Assembly (NCBI GenBank): GCA_018399555.1
Contig: JAGYOL010000003.1
Span: 1 to 51,602, forward strand
DNA length: 51,602 nucleotides
Reading direction: 5' to 3'
Source: Kiritimatiellia bacterium
GTDB taxonomy: Bacteria; Verrucomicrobiota; Kiritimatiellia; RFP12; UBA1067
The position numbers and the translations under genes were made by a program. The notes under the pieces are model-generated. The model made no database searches. It saw only the letters and a program-made list of their open reading frames with translations, and was not told where the DNA came from. This document shows positions 17,692 to 27,552 of this stretch, piece after piece. Each line of letters opens with the position of its first letter. The stretch's first letter is position 1.

Positions 17692-20600
17692 ATGTCAAAG
17701 TCTTTTGTCCATCTTCATCTGCACACCAAATACTCACTGCTGGATGGTGCCTGCGACATACAACCTCTGGTTCGGCGCGCCGGAGAACTCGGCATGCCAG
17801 CCATTGCCATGACCGATCACGGTGTTATGTATGGGGCGATTGATTTCTACAAAGCCTGCCGAGAAGAGGGAATCAAGCCGATCATCGGCTGTGAGGTTTA
17901 CATTCTGGCGAGTGCGCATCGATCGAGTCGCGAAAAAAAAGTTCCCTATCACCATTTGGTACTGCTGGCCAAAGACAACGAGGGTTACCATAATTTGGCT
18001 CGCATCAACTCAATCGCCAGCCTGGAGGGTTTTTACTATAAACCGCGTATAGACAAGGCAACGCTTCGACTTTATTCAAAGGGTCTGATTGGTCTTTCAG
18101 GCTGTCTCAAAGGTGAGGTCAATGTGCATCTGCAGGAGGGTCAGATTGATTCGGCCGAGGCAGTCACTCGTGAGTACATGGACATTTTTGCGCCGGGAGA
18201 TTTTTATCTGGAGGTTCAGGATCACGGTATTCCTGAACAGAAAATCGTGAATCAGGGGGTGCGTGAATTGTGCAGCCGGCTGGGGGTTAAAGCGGTTGTC
18301 ACCAACGATGTTCATTACCTGCTGCGGCATCATGCCGAGGCGCATGAAATAATGCTCTGCATTCAGACGCAGACTGTTATGAGCGACCCTAAGCGAATGC
18401 GCTACGCCTCGAATGAGTTTTATTTCAAATCACGTGAGGAGCTGGAAGATATCTTTCCAGGGGAGGAACATTTTCTCGACAACACCCTTGAAATCGCCGA
18501 TAAATGCAATGTGACACTTACCTTCTCGAATGGCAAGGCGGAGAGCCTGCATTTTCCGGTTTTTGAAACACCTGACGGAGTTGACGGTCTGGATTATCTC
18601 AAGACTCTGGGCAAGGCAGGACTGAGGAAGCATTACAATCTGGATTATGACAATCCTCGTGATGAAAGGGAGCGTGAACTGGTTAAACGCTTTGATTATG
18701 AGGTCGGGGTAATAAAAGAGACCGGCTTCATAAATTACTTTCTGGTGGTGGCGGATTTCATTCGCTGGGCGCGTGAGAATGAAGTTCCGGTGGGTCCCGG
18801 ACGCGGATCGGGTGCCGGCTCGCTGCTGGCCTATTCTCTGGACATCACGCAACTTGACCCGATCAAGTTCGATCTCATATTTGAACGCTTTTTGAATCCG
18901 GAACGTGTTTCACCGCCGGATTTCGATATTGATTTCTGTCAGGCGCGGCGTGACCGGGTGATCGAATATGTGAAGCGCAAATATGGAAGTGATCGCTGTG
19001 CTCAGATTGTGACCTACGGCAAACTCGGTGCTAAGACAGTGATACGCGACATCGCGCGGGTGCTTGAGCTACCGCTTGATAAATCCAACGCCTGGGCCAA
19101 GATGATCCCTAATGACCCTAAGATAACACTGGCCAAGACCCGTCAGCAGAATCCGGAGTTCGATGCCGCCTGTAAACTCGATCCGGATTTGAACCACATT
19201 ATGAAATTCGCGACGGTGCTTGAGGGGCTTTTCCGCAACGCCGGTGTGCATGCGGCCGGCGTTGTGATCGGTGACCGTCCGCTCATCGATCTTATTCCGC
19301 TGGGTCGCGACAAGGATGGACAGCCGGTCACCCAGTATGCCAAGGAGCCGATTGAAGAGGTGGGGTTGCTGAAGATGGACTTTCTGGGTCTGAAAACTCT
19401 GACTGTTCTGAAAGAGGCTGTCGATCTAGTGGAGCTTCAGTACGGCATAAAGATAGATCTCGACACGATACCTCTGGATGATCCTAAAACATTTGAGCTT
19501 TTTCAACGTGCTGACACCGTTGGTGTTTTTCAGCTGGAATCCGCCGGAATGCAGCGTGTTCTTAAAGATTTGAAACCCGGTTGCATCGAGGAGATTATCG
19601 CTATTTTGGCATTGTACCGTCCTGGTCCGATGGACAACATCCCCACCTTTGTTCGATGTAAGAAGGGTTTGGAAAAGGTGCGCTATGATCATCCCCTGCT
19701 TGAGCCGATCCTCAAAGAGACCTATGGCATCATGGTGTATCAGGAGCAGGTGCAGCGTGCGGCGCAGGTGCTGGCGGGATATACCCTCGGGCGTGCGGAC
19801 ATCCTGCGCAGAGCGATGGGAAAAAAGAAGGGCGAGGTGATGGTTAGGGAGCGCGCACAGTTTGTTGAGGGGTGCCGGAATCACATCGGACTGAGCGCAG
19901 AGAAGGCCGGGCAGATATTTGACAATATAGAGAAGTTCGCCGGTTACGGGTTCAACAAAGCGCACGCCGCCGCCTACGGCGTGGTGACCTACCAGACCGC
20001 CTACATGAAGGCGCATTATCCTGCTGAATTCATTTGTGCTCAGATATCTTCGGAGATCGGCAATTTTGACAAGCTGCCCGGGCTGGTCGGCGAAGCCAAT
20101 GAGATGGGCTTCACCGTTCTGACACCCTGTGTGAACAAGGGGCGTGAGCGTTTTGTGCCGGAAGGCGAGAGGTGCGTTCGTTATGGCCTGGGTGGTATCA
20201 AGGGAGTCGGTTCCGGTGCGGCGGAATCGATTGTACGTGAACGAGATGCTAAGGGAGAGTTCGCCAGCTTGGCTGATTTCTGCGAAAGGGTTGATTCCGC
20301 TGCCGCCAACAAGCGTGTTCTTGAGGCACTGGTTAAAAGCGGGGCCATGGATTGTTTCGGAATGCACAGGGCGCGTCTGCTTGATTCGATAGAATTCGCT
20401 CTTCAGCGTGCAGCGGCCAATGCCCGTGAACGGGCCAGCGGCCAGATCAGTCTGTTTGAGATGCTCGACGATGCCGGTGCCGCGGGCTCAGCGAATCCGG
20501 CTGAGCTGCCGGACAGAGTGGCACCCATGAGTGAAAAGGAGATGCTCAGAAATGAGAAGGAGCTGCTGGGGGTTTATATAAGCGGTCATCCGATGCGGCG

Positions 20601-21279
20601 TTATCAGCAGTTGATGTATGCGGTGCAGACTCGCTCGATACGTGCTCTGGCAAAGTGTCCGGATGGCTTTGATGTGCGTGTGGCTGGAATGGCTACGGCT
20701 GTGACACGGCGAATTTCAAAGAGCAAGGGTGAGCCCTGGGCAACAGTCATGCTTGACGACGGCGATGTCTCGACCGAGGTGCTGGTTTTTTCACGGACCT
20801 ATGCGAAATATGCCGAGTTTTGTCAGGAGGATACTCCGCTGCTGATCTGTGGCAGGGTTGATAAACGCGACCGTATGGGTGGTGGCGGCGGCGGCGAAGC
20901 TGCCGAAGGTGAAGAGCAGACAGAGCAGATACCCAAGCTGATCGCACAGGAGGTTTATCCGCTATATGAGGCACTGCGTCTTTTCGGTTCCACGGTTATC
21001 GGTGCTGTGCGTACAAACGATGAAAGCTTTAAACACAAACTGATCGGTCTGAGAGATCTGGCATTGAAATATCCCGGAAAACTTCCGTTGCGCACCTGTC
21101 TGATATATCCTGGTGGACGCAAGGTGCTGCTCGGGGGTGATGAGAATCTGGCTGTGGACCCTTCAACGGATATGATTCGTGAGCTTTCCGAGCTGCTGGG
21201 ACCCAAGCTCTTTAAAGTCCGTTGCCGGCGTGAGGCATATATCGAGTATCATCGCCCACGCTGGAATGGAGGGGGATGA
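17692..21279 (+). CDS. dnaE: DNA polymerase III alpha subunit
   Basis: HLHLHTKYSLLDG PHP domain, GPGRGSGAGS, FERFLNPERVSPPDFDIDF, KMDFLGL, YGFNKAH and OB fold. Confidence 0.98.
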   Translation: MSKSFVHLHLHTKYSLLDGACDIQPLVRRAGELGMPAIAMTDHGVMYGAIDFYKACREEGIKPIIGCEVYILASAHRSSREKKVPYHHLVLLAKDNEGYHNLARINSIASLEGFYYKPRIDKATLRLYSKGLIGLSGCLKGEVNVHLQEGQIDSAEAVTREYMDIFAPGDFYLEVQDHGIPEQKIVNQGVRELCSRLGVKAVVTNDVHYLLRHHAEAHEIMLCIQTQTVMSDPKRMRYASNEFYFKSREELEDIFPGEEHFLDNTLEIADKCNVTLTFSNGKAESLHFPVFETPDGVDGLDYLKTLGKAGLRKHYNLDYDNPRDERERELVKRFDYEVGVIKETGFINYFLVVADFIRWARENEVPVGPGRGSGAGSLLAYSLDITQLDPIKFDLIFERFLNPERVSPPDFDIDFCQARRDRVIEYVKRKYGSDRCAQIVTYGKLGAKTVIRDIARVLELPLDKSNAWAKMIPNDPKITLAKTRQQNPEFDAACKLDPDLNHIMKFATVLEGLFRNAGVHAAGVVIGDRPLIDLIPLGRDKDGQPVTQYAKEPIEEVGLLKMDFLGLKTLTVLKEAVDLVELQYGIKIDLDTIPLDDPKTFELFQRADTVGVFQLESAGMQRVLKDLKPGCIEEIIAILALYRPGPMDNIPTFVRCKKGLEKVRYDHPLLEPILKETYGIMVYQEQVQRAAQVLAGYTLGRADILRRAMGKKKGEVMVRERAQFVEGCRNHIGLSAEKAGQIFDNIEKFAGYGFNKAHAAAYGVVTYQTAYMKAHYPAEFICAQISSEIGNFDKLPGLVGEANEMGFTVLTPCVNKGRERFVPEGERCVRYGLGGIKGVGSGAAESIVRERDAKGEFASLADFCERVDSAAANKRVLEALVKSGAMDCFGMHRARLLDSIEFALQRAAANARERASGQISLFEMLDDAGAAGSANPAELPDRVAPMSEKEMLRNEKELLGVYISGHPMRRYQQLMYAVQTRSIRALAKCPDGFDVRVAGMATAVTRRISKSKGEPWATVMLDDGDVSTEVLVFSRTYAKYAEFCQEDTPLLICGRVDKRDRMGGGGGGEAAEGEEQTEQIPKLIAQEVYPLYEALRLFGSTVIGAVRTNDESFKHKLIGLRDLALKYPGKLPLRTCLIYPGGRKVLLGGDENLAVDPSTDMIRELSELLGPKLFKVRCRREAYIEYHRPRWNGGG

Positions 21280-21367
21280 TTATTTGCGTCGGAGGTGTTG
21301 CCGCTGCTTGAAGGCAAAGCGAGAAGGGCCGTAACCCGATAATCAGGTGACACTGACTACGGTGGCG

Positions 21368-22519
21368 TTACGCTTCTTCAATCAACTGCCGGAAACGGCT
21401 GAACAGATAGCGGGAATCATGCGGACCAGGAGCGGCCTCAGGATGGTACTGTACCGAGAATGCCGGTTCGGTGCGGTGGCGCATGCCTTCGACGGTGTTA
21501 TCGTTCAGGTTTATGTGGGTGACTTCAGCGACTGATTGATCCAGTGAATCCATATCAACCATAAAGTTGTGATTCTGAGAGGTGATTTCAACCTTGCCGG
21601 TAGACAGTTCCTTGACTGGATGGTTGCAGCCGTGGTGCCCGAACTTGAGACGGCAGGTGCGTCCGCCGAGTGCCCAGCCGAGCAGCTGATGTCCCAAGCA
21701 GATGCCCATCAACGGAACCCGTCCGATCAGAGATATGATGTTATCAATGGCATACCGCAGGGCGGCCGGATCTGCCGGCCCGTTGGAGAGAAAGACACCG
21801 GCCGGTTGCATGGACAGCACCTCGGAAACGGGTGTTTTGGCCGGTACCACCGTCAACCGCATACCCTGCTGGCGCAATCGGCGCAGAATGTTGAATTTTA
21901 TGCCGTAATCATAAACCACAACTGGAATATCAGCCGCCGGCAGATCACCTTCCAACAGGCCCCAGGAAGAGGACATGGCGTCGTCCGGATCAAAAAGATA
22001 GGGTTTTTCAGTGGTTACACGCGCTGCGTAGTCCTGTCCGTCAAGGCCCTCCCATGCGCGGGCTTTTTCGACGCCCTGTTCGTGGCTGAGTTCACCCGAG
22101 GTGCAGATAAAGCCGCGCAGTGTGCCGCTGTTGCGTAATCTGATTGTCAGTGCGCGGGTGTCGATACCCGCCAGTGCCGGTACACCGGCCTGTTGCAGTG
22201 CGGTGCGCAGAGATTTTTCTGATCTCCAGTTGCTGGGCCCATTGTAATTATGCACAATCAGCCCTTCAGCACGCAGCATCACCGATTCGTGGTCATCCGA
22301 GTTGAAACCGGTATTGCCGATTTCGGGGGCGGTCAGAGTCACAATCTGTCCTGCGTATGAGGGGTCGGTCAGGATTTCCTCATAGCCCGGCGTGCCGGTA
22401 TTGAATACCACTTCGCCGAGGCGGTCGCACGGAGCGCCAAAGGACCAGGCCGGATATACCGTGCCGTCGGCCAGTGCCAGAAAAGCCTTTTTTTCGCGTT
22501 GCGCGTTCCAGTCGTACAT
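21368..22519 (-). CDS. carA: Carbamoyl-phosphate synthase small subunit
   Basis: GEVVFNT, TDPSYAGQ, LSNGPADP, GICLGHQ, TSQNH and QYHPEAAPGPHD motifs. Confidence 0.97.
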   Translation of the reverse strand: MYDWNAQREKKAFLALADGTVYPAWSFGAPCDRLGEVVFNTGTPGYEEILTDPSYAGQIVTLTAPEIGNTGFNSDDHESVMLRAEGLIVHNYNGPSNWRSEKSLRTALQQAGVPALAGIDTRALTIRLRNSGTLRGFICTSGELSHEQGVEKARAWEGLDGQDYAARVTTEKPYLFDPDDAMSSSWGLLEGDLPAADIPVVVYDYGIKFNILRRLRQQGMRLTVVPAKTPVSEVLSMQPAGVFLSNGPADPAALRYAIDNIISLIGRVPLMGICLGHQLLGWALGGRTCRLKFGHHGCNHPVKELSTGKVEITSQNHNFMVDMDSLDQSVAEVTHINLNDNTVEGMRHRTEPAFSVQYHPEAAPGPHDSRYLFSRFRQLIEEA

Positions 22520-22684
22520 AATAAATCCGCCCGGGGTAGGTCACAGAGCTCAGCGATAGCGCATTGCCAGCTGTGATCGGTTTGTTTATCTTTGAAAAAC
22601 TTCGCATATTATCTCAAAAACAGATGCAAAAAACAAGATGGCATTTCAAGTTGCCGTTTTTTAATAGTGACAGTCATTATTTAA

Positions 22685-22713
22685 TGGACAGGTGGGGAGG
22701 TTTGGTGTATAAG
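22685..22713 (+). promoter_or_regulatory. Candidate sigma70 promoter of the transposase
   Basis: TGGACA-17 nt-TATAAG, then a GGAGGT RBS at 22735-22740. Confidence 0.5.
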
Positions 22714-22744
22714 GAGATTGTTTTTTGGGAGAATGGAGGTGAAT

Positions 22745-23743
22745 ATGAGACTGAACAGGATCAAGCTGGAGGAGGCGGCGACATATCATGTGATGAGCCG
22801 GGTGATTGAGCATCGGTTCATCTTTGGGGATGTCGAAAAGAGCTATCTACATAATCTGATGCGGCGCTTGGAGGAGTTTACCGGCTGCGAGGTAAGGACT
22901 TACGCATTTATGGACAACCATTTTCATATTCTGCTGCATGTGCCGGTGAAGCGTGAGCTCTCCGATGATGAGGTGAAGCGTAGAGCTAAAATTCTTTATG
23001 GCAAGAAGAAGTATGCGCTCATGGAGCGCGATTGGGAGATGTGGATTGAAAGGGGATGCGAGAATAAAGTGAAGGCGCAGTTGGATGCCCTGCGCGCCCG
23101 GATGTATGATGTGTCGGAGTTCATGAAAACGTTTAAGCAACGCTTTTCGATCTACTATAACGCGAATCACGACCGGCGGGGGGCGGGCACGCTCTGGCAT
23201 GACCGCTTCAAAAGCGTGTTGGTGGAGGAGAGCGAGAGCGCGCAGGTGACAGTGGCGGCGTATATCGACCTTAATCCGGTGCGGGCGGGGGTGGTGGAGG
23301 ATCCGAGAGAGTATCGCTGGTCGGGCTACGGTGAGGCGGTTGGACGAGGCGGGCGATCACTGAATGGAATATGCAAGTTGTTTCGCGGTATGGATTTAAA
23401 TAAGAACAAGGTGCTGGCACAATATCGCAAGACGTTGTACTATGAGGGAGTGAGAAAGCTCAATGAGTTCACGGGAGCGGTGTCGAAGCCGGGATTTGCG
23501 CGAGCAGTGACGGATAAGGTGCTGGATGAGAGCGGAGAGCTCTCCGTTCCTCAGCTTCTGCGTTGCCGCGCACGCTATCTGACCGATGGTGTGATCATCG
23601 GCGGAAAAGATTATGTCGATAGAATGCTCAACGAGCATGGTCAGTTCAGCGCATTAAGGAAAAAGCGCGGGGCGCGGCGGATGCAGAGCGGATCATGCGA
23701 GTGGGGCGGACTCTGCATGGCGGGGGAGCTGCGTTCAAGTTGA
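22745..23743 (+). mobile_element. REP-associated tyrosine transposase (RAYT/TnpA-REP, HUH Y1 family) with C-terminal extension
   Basis: YHVMSR, FMDNHFHILL (HUH), LWHDRFKSVLVE and YIDLNPVRAG..DP.EYRWSGY (catalytic Tyr). No tnpB and no terminal IRs seen. Confidence 0.88.
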
Positions 23744-23844
23744 GGCAAAGAAGCATAGGCAAATGGGAATTGTTTTGCTTTGATCTATTGGTGGGCAATC
23801 GACAGCCGCGATATAACGTTTCCATGGGAAAAAATGCAGATTTT

Positions 23845-24399
23845 TTACGGATAAATATCATTTACCGGTGATTCAGCGACGCGACAGCCATCAATTTCGT
23901 TGACTGCCGCGTTTGTCGAGATTGCCGACCTATCAAATTCTGAAGTATATGGTGTCAACATACCCTGGTTTACCGCAATATAAGTTACTTTGGATGCTTG
24001 TTGTGCTGCAGCCGCTTTATGCACAATACGTTTAACAAACAACAAATTTTCGCTCAAAGCCAATGTTGCAGTAATGGATTTTTTATAGAGATTGTCTATG
24101 TTGTCATCATCGATAAATGTACCTGAGCCTCCACATTCCGGGCATGTAATTGTTATACTGCCTGAGCCTCCACATTTCGGGCATTTCTTGCGGATTTTTT
24201 TGGGAGGCAACGGAGTGAGTTTTTTTGTGCGATGATAATGGGCTGTGCCGATAAGATTATTTTGCAAAGGAGCCGGATTTTCAGGAATTGTTTGCAGAAT
24301 TTCACCACTACCTTTGCACATGTTGCAACGGCTACTGATTTTGCCTTTAGTTTTACACATTCGGCACTCTTTTACAATTGTGTTGAGTGCTGGCAACAC
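23845..24399 (-). CDS. AT-rich hypothetical protein with four DnaJ-like CxxCxGxG zinc-binding motifs (5' end possibly eroded)
   Basis: CRMCKTKG, CNMCKGSG, CPKCGGSG and CPECGGSG motifs. GTG start with no clear RBS. Confidence 0.6.
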   Translation of the reverse strand: MLPALNTIVKECRMCKTKGKISSRCNMCKGSGEILQTIPENPAPLQNNLIGTAHYHRTKKLTPLPPKKIRKKCPKCGGSGSITITCPECGGSGTFIDDDNIDNLYKKSITATLALSENLLFVKRIVHKAAAAQQASKVTYIAVNQGMLTPYTSEFDRSAISTNAAVNEIDGCRVAESPVNDIYP

Positions 24400-24802
24400 A
24401 GGGTGGTTTGGGCTGGGCGTATCGACCTTTGGACAAATCCAAAGATGTTTCTAATGGAACATCTCTTTTTTTCAGTTTTAATTCCATATGACCAGCATCT
24501 CATAGGGGGTGTAAAAAACAATTTCTACTCTACTACTCTACTCTAATTGAATGCAAGCACTTATTATGCGAGGGGGGAGCAAATGTCAACTCCTTAATTT
24601 CGCTGCAAAGACCGTGTTGCGCGGCTGGCGCACGTTGATCAAGCCCTGTGCCCATAATGCTGCCTGAATCAGTTTTGTCCGCAGAGATCGATACAGTTGG
24701 CGATATACAGAAACAAAGGTGTTCCGCAGCTTGGGTGAAAATCCGCCAAACACCTGTCAGGTTTTGTCATTGTTTACATTATTCATCGTCCGCTGGAGTG
24801 TT

Positions 24803-26179
24803 TCAGCGGTTCTTCTGCGAGGCCTGCCAGGCAGTCATGCCGCCGATCAGGCTGAAGACTTTCGGATAACCCGCTGACTCCAGGATGCTGCCAGCGATAT
24901 TGCTGCGGTAACCGGAAGCGCAGACTATGGTGATGTGACGGTTTTTGTCCAGTTCGAAATCACCCGCGATGATTTTGCCGATCGGGATATGCATCGCATT
25001 TTCGATATGCCCGGATTCCCATTCCTCCTCGGAGCGCACATCCACAACCAGATGATCGGGGTATTTTTCAAACACGTACTTCAGGCTGTCTGGTGTGAGC
25101 TGAGGCAGATGATCCAGCGGTTTTGCCTGTGCTGCCCAGCTGCTGATGCCGTCGCCGAGATAACCGATCAAACGATCATAGCCGGCTCGGCGGTAGATAT
25201 ATGCCGCCTCCTCCGCTCTGGCGGGTGTATCCGCCACGATAATGAGATCGGTGTCGGCTGACACCACCATCCCCAGCCAGTTCACCGATGAAGGCGTCAA
25301 ACCGATATTTACGGAACCATGGATATGTGCCGCGCCGAAAGCACTCGGGACACGTGTGTCGACAATTTTTGTTCCCCGATTCAGGGCATCCTCCACCTGC
25401 TGCACATTCAGAAGATTGAAGGGCGCGGCATCGGCTAATGGTGCCGGCCCGTGACGGTTTTTGTCGACAATTACCGCGAAGTTATCCGGCCTGACCTGAA
25501 AGCCCGAGCTCATAATGTCGTGGAACTTTTCGTAGGGCATGTTGTTCAGCAACGGATTGTTGCGGCGTTCAAAACCCAGGGTGGTCACGGGTTTGGGGCT
25601 CATGCCGCGTCCGCATAGCGAGCCTTCACCATGGGCGGGATAAACCTCTGTCCAGTCGGGGAAACGGGACAGCTTCACGTACAGGCTGTCATACAGGTTT
25701 TTGACCTGCGCCTCCAATAAATCTGATCCGGCCAGATCCGGGCGGCCAATGTCGCCGACAAACAGAAGATCGCCAGTGAGCAATGCAAAAATGTCTTCAG
25801 AACGGCTGTGATCAGTCACCGCGAAACTCACCGAATTCGGTGTATGGCCGAAGGTTTCTATAACCTCCAGCTCCGCGGTTCCGAACCGGAAACGGTTGCC
25901 CTCTTGCATATCCTGATGCGGATATCCGGCCTCGACACCGGGGTGCACATATATTGTTGCGCCAGTACGTGCCGCCAGCTCGTTGCTGCCAGTGATGTGA
26001 TCGGCATGCAGGTGAGTGTCGAAGATATGGGTAATGCGCACGCCATTCTGTTGCGCTGCCTGCAGATAACGATCGACATGCCGCTCGGGGTCGACAACGC
26101 AGGCCGTACCCTCGGCCGGACAGCCGAGCAGATAGGAAAAACACCCCAGACCATCTACTTTGAATTGTTGAAACAGCAT
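24803..26179 (-). CDS. MBL-fold persulfide dioxygenase-like protein fused to two rhodanese domains (CstB/Blh-like)
   Basis: THLHADHITG, GHTP, TGDLLFVGDIGRPD and YPAHGEGSLCG motifs; rhodanese GHIENA and CASGYRS. Confidence 0.9.
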   Translation of the reverse strand: MLFQQFKVDGLGCFSYLLGCPAEGTACVVDPERHVDRYLQAAQQNGVRITHIFDTHLHADHITGSNELAARTGATIYVHPGVEAGYPHQDMQEGNRFRFGTAELEVIETFGHTPNSVSFAVTDHSRSEDIFALLTGDLLFVGDIGRPDLAGSDLLEAQVKNLYDSLYVKLSRFPDWTEVYPAHGEGSLCGRGMSPKPVTTLGFERRNNPLLNNMPYEKFHDIMSSGFQVRPDNFAVIVDKNRHGPAPLADAAPFNLLNVQQVEDALNRGTKIVDTRVPSAFGAAHIHGSVNIGLTPSSVNWLGMVVSADTDLIIVADTPARAEEAAYIYRRAGYDRLIGYLGDGISSWAAQAKPLDHLPQLTPDSLKYVFEKYPDHLVVDVRSEEEWESGHIENAMHIPIGKIIAGDFELDKNRHITIVCASGYRSNIAGSILESAGYPKVFSLIGGMTAWQASQKNR

Positions 26180-26439
26180 TTTCTCCTCTTGAATTATAGT
26201 AATCTCTCCTTCAGGCGACACAGACCCGCAATAAGTCCAACCCGAAAAATATTTATCAGATCGACATAAGTTTGCCAGATCAAGTTGGTGATGTCAAGTT
26301 AGACTCCGAATTGGCAAGGCAGGTTGCTAGGTTAAAGCTGTTTCAGTCTGCATTCGGTACTTGCAGTTTTGCGTCAATCAGCTATCATTTGTCCTGATAT
26401 CGACGTTTTCCGTGATTATGTCAGAGTAAGAGATGATTT

Positions 26440-27465
26440 ATGCAAAAGATTGACTGGGAAAATCTAGGGTTCAGTTATCGGGACACCAACTGCCACATCC
26501 GTCACAGTTGGCGTAATGGTGTATGGGACGACGGTGAGCTCTGTGCCAGTCCCTATTTGAATATGCATGTGGCGGCCGGATGTCTGCATTATGGGCAGGC
26601 GGCCTTCGAGGGGCTCAAGGCTTTTTGCTGTAAGGACGGCAAGGTAAGGATATTCAGACCGCTGGACAACATTCGCCGCATGGCGATGACTGCAAGGCGC
26701 ATCTGTATGCCTGAGGTGCCGGAAGAGCTTTATATCAAGGCACTCGAGCGGGTGATCAGAGCCAACCGGGCGTTCATACCTCCTTATGGAACAGGCGGTT
26801 CGCTTTATATCAGACCGTTGCTGATCGGTTCGGGTGTTCAGATCGGCATAGCACCTGCTGGCGAATACACATTCCTGATTCTGGTAGTGCCTGTGGGGGC
26901 CTACTACAAGGGTGGACTGCATCCGGTTAAAGCGGTTATCTATGATGACTTTGACCGGGCAGCACCGTTGGGAGTGGGCGGCATCAAGGTTGCTGGAAAT
27001 TATGCTGCCAGCCTTTTTGCGCATGAAAAGGCCAAAATGGAGGGGTTTGCCGTTGAGCTTTATCTGGATGCCAAAACGCATACCTTTGTTGAAGAGTTTG
27101 CCACATCGAATTTTGTGGGCATCACTGCGGATGGTGCTTATGTTACGCCTGAATCGACATCGATTCTGCCGAGTATCACCAATCTGACTCTGATGGAACT
27201 GGCTCGGGAACAGGGGCTGGACGTTCAGGCCAGGTCAGTCAGATTTGACGAACTCGAGAATTTCAGCGAGATCGGTGCCTGTGGCACGGCGGTTGTTCTG
27301 ACGCCTGTATGCAGCATCACACGTGGCGAGCGCGTGATTCGCATCGGGCCTGAGCAGGGGTGCGGAGCGGTCTTTCAGAGTTTATATGAGCGCGTTCAGG
27401 CAATTCAGTATAGTGAGGCACCTGATCGTTATGGCTGGTGTCATGTGGTTGAGATGGACGACTGA
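26440..27465 (+). CDS. ilvE: Branched-chain amino acid aminotransferase
   Basis: LHYGQAAFEGLKA, SLYIRP, IKVAGNY (PLP lysine), ILPSIT and CGTAVV motifs. Confidence 0.95.
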   Translation: MQKIDWENLGFSYRDTNCHIRHSWRNGVWDDGELCASPYLNMHVAAGCLHYGQAAFEGLKAFCCKDGKVRIFRPLDNIRRMAMTARRICMPEVPEELYIKALERVIRANRAFIPPYGTGGSLYIRPLLIGSGVQIGIAPAGEYTFLILVVPVGAYYKGGLHPVKAVIYDDFDRAAPLGVGGIKVAGNYAASLFAHEKAKMEGFAVELYLDAKTHTFVEEFATSNFVGITADGAYVTPESTSILPSITNLTLMELAREQGLDVQARSVRFDELENFSEIGACGTAVVLTPVCSITRGERVIRIGPEQGCGAVFQSLYERVQAIQYSEAPDRYGWCHVVEMDD

Positions 27466-27552
27466 ATGTGCCGGAGAAACGGGTGTGAATGTTTGTTATC
27501 CGGTGGTGTTGAAAATTAAGAACCGCCACCGGCGACAGATGCGGAGTGATGT

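Noticed and set aside
19426-20367. 313-aa minus-strand ORF, and a possible intein in dnaE
   Set aside because: The ORF is an antisense shadow of dnaE. The usual intein site (YGFNKAH) is uninterrupted and the protein length is normal.
22745-23743. IS200/IS605 element with tnpB or an RNA-guided nuclease
   Set aside because: No RuvC-type ORF is adjacent. The neighbouring Cys motifs are DnaJ-like CxxCxGxG on the opposite strand, not a TnpB zinc ribbon.
24448-24465. TAG readthrough (pyrrolysine or recoding) extending the Zn-finger ORF
   Set aside because: It would add only a few codons before further stops, and other genes in the window use TAG as a normal stop.
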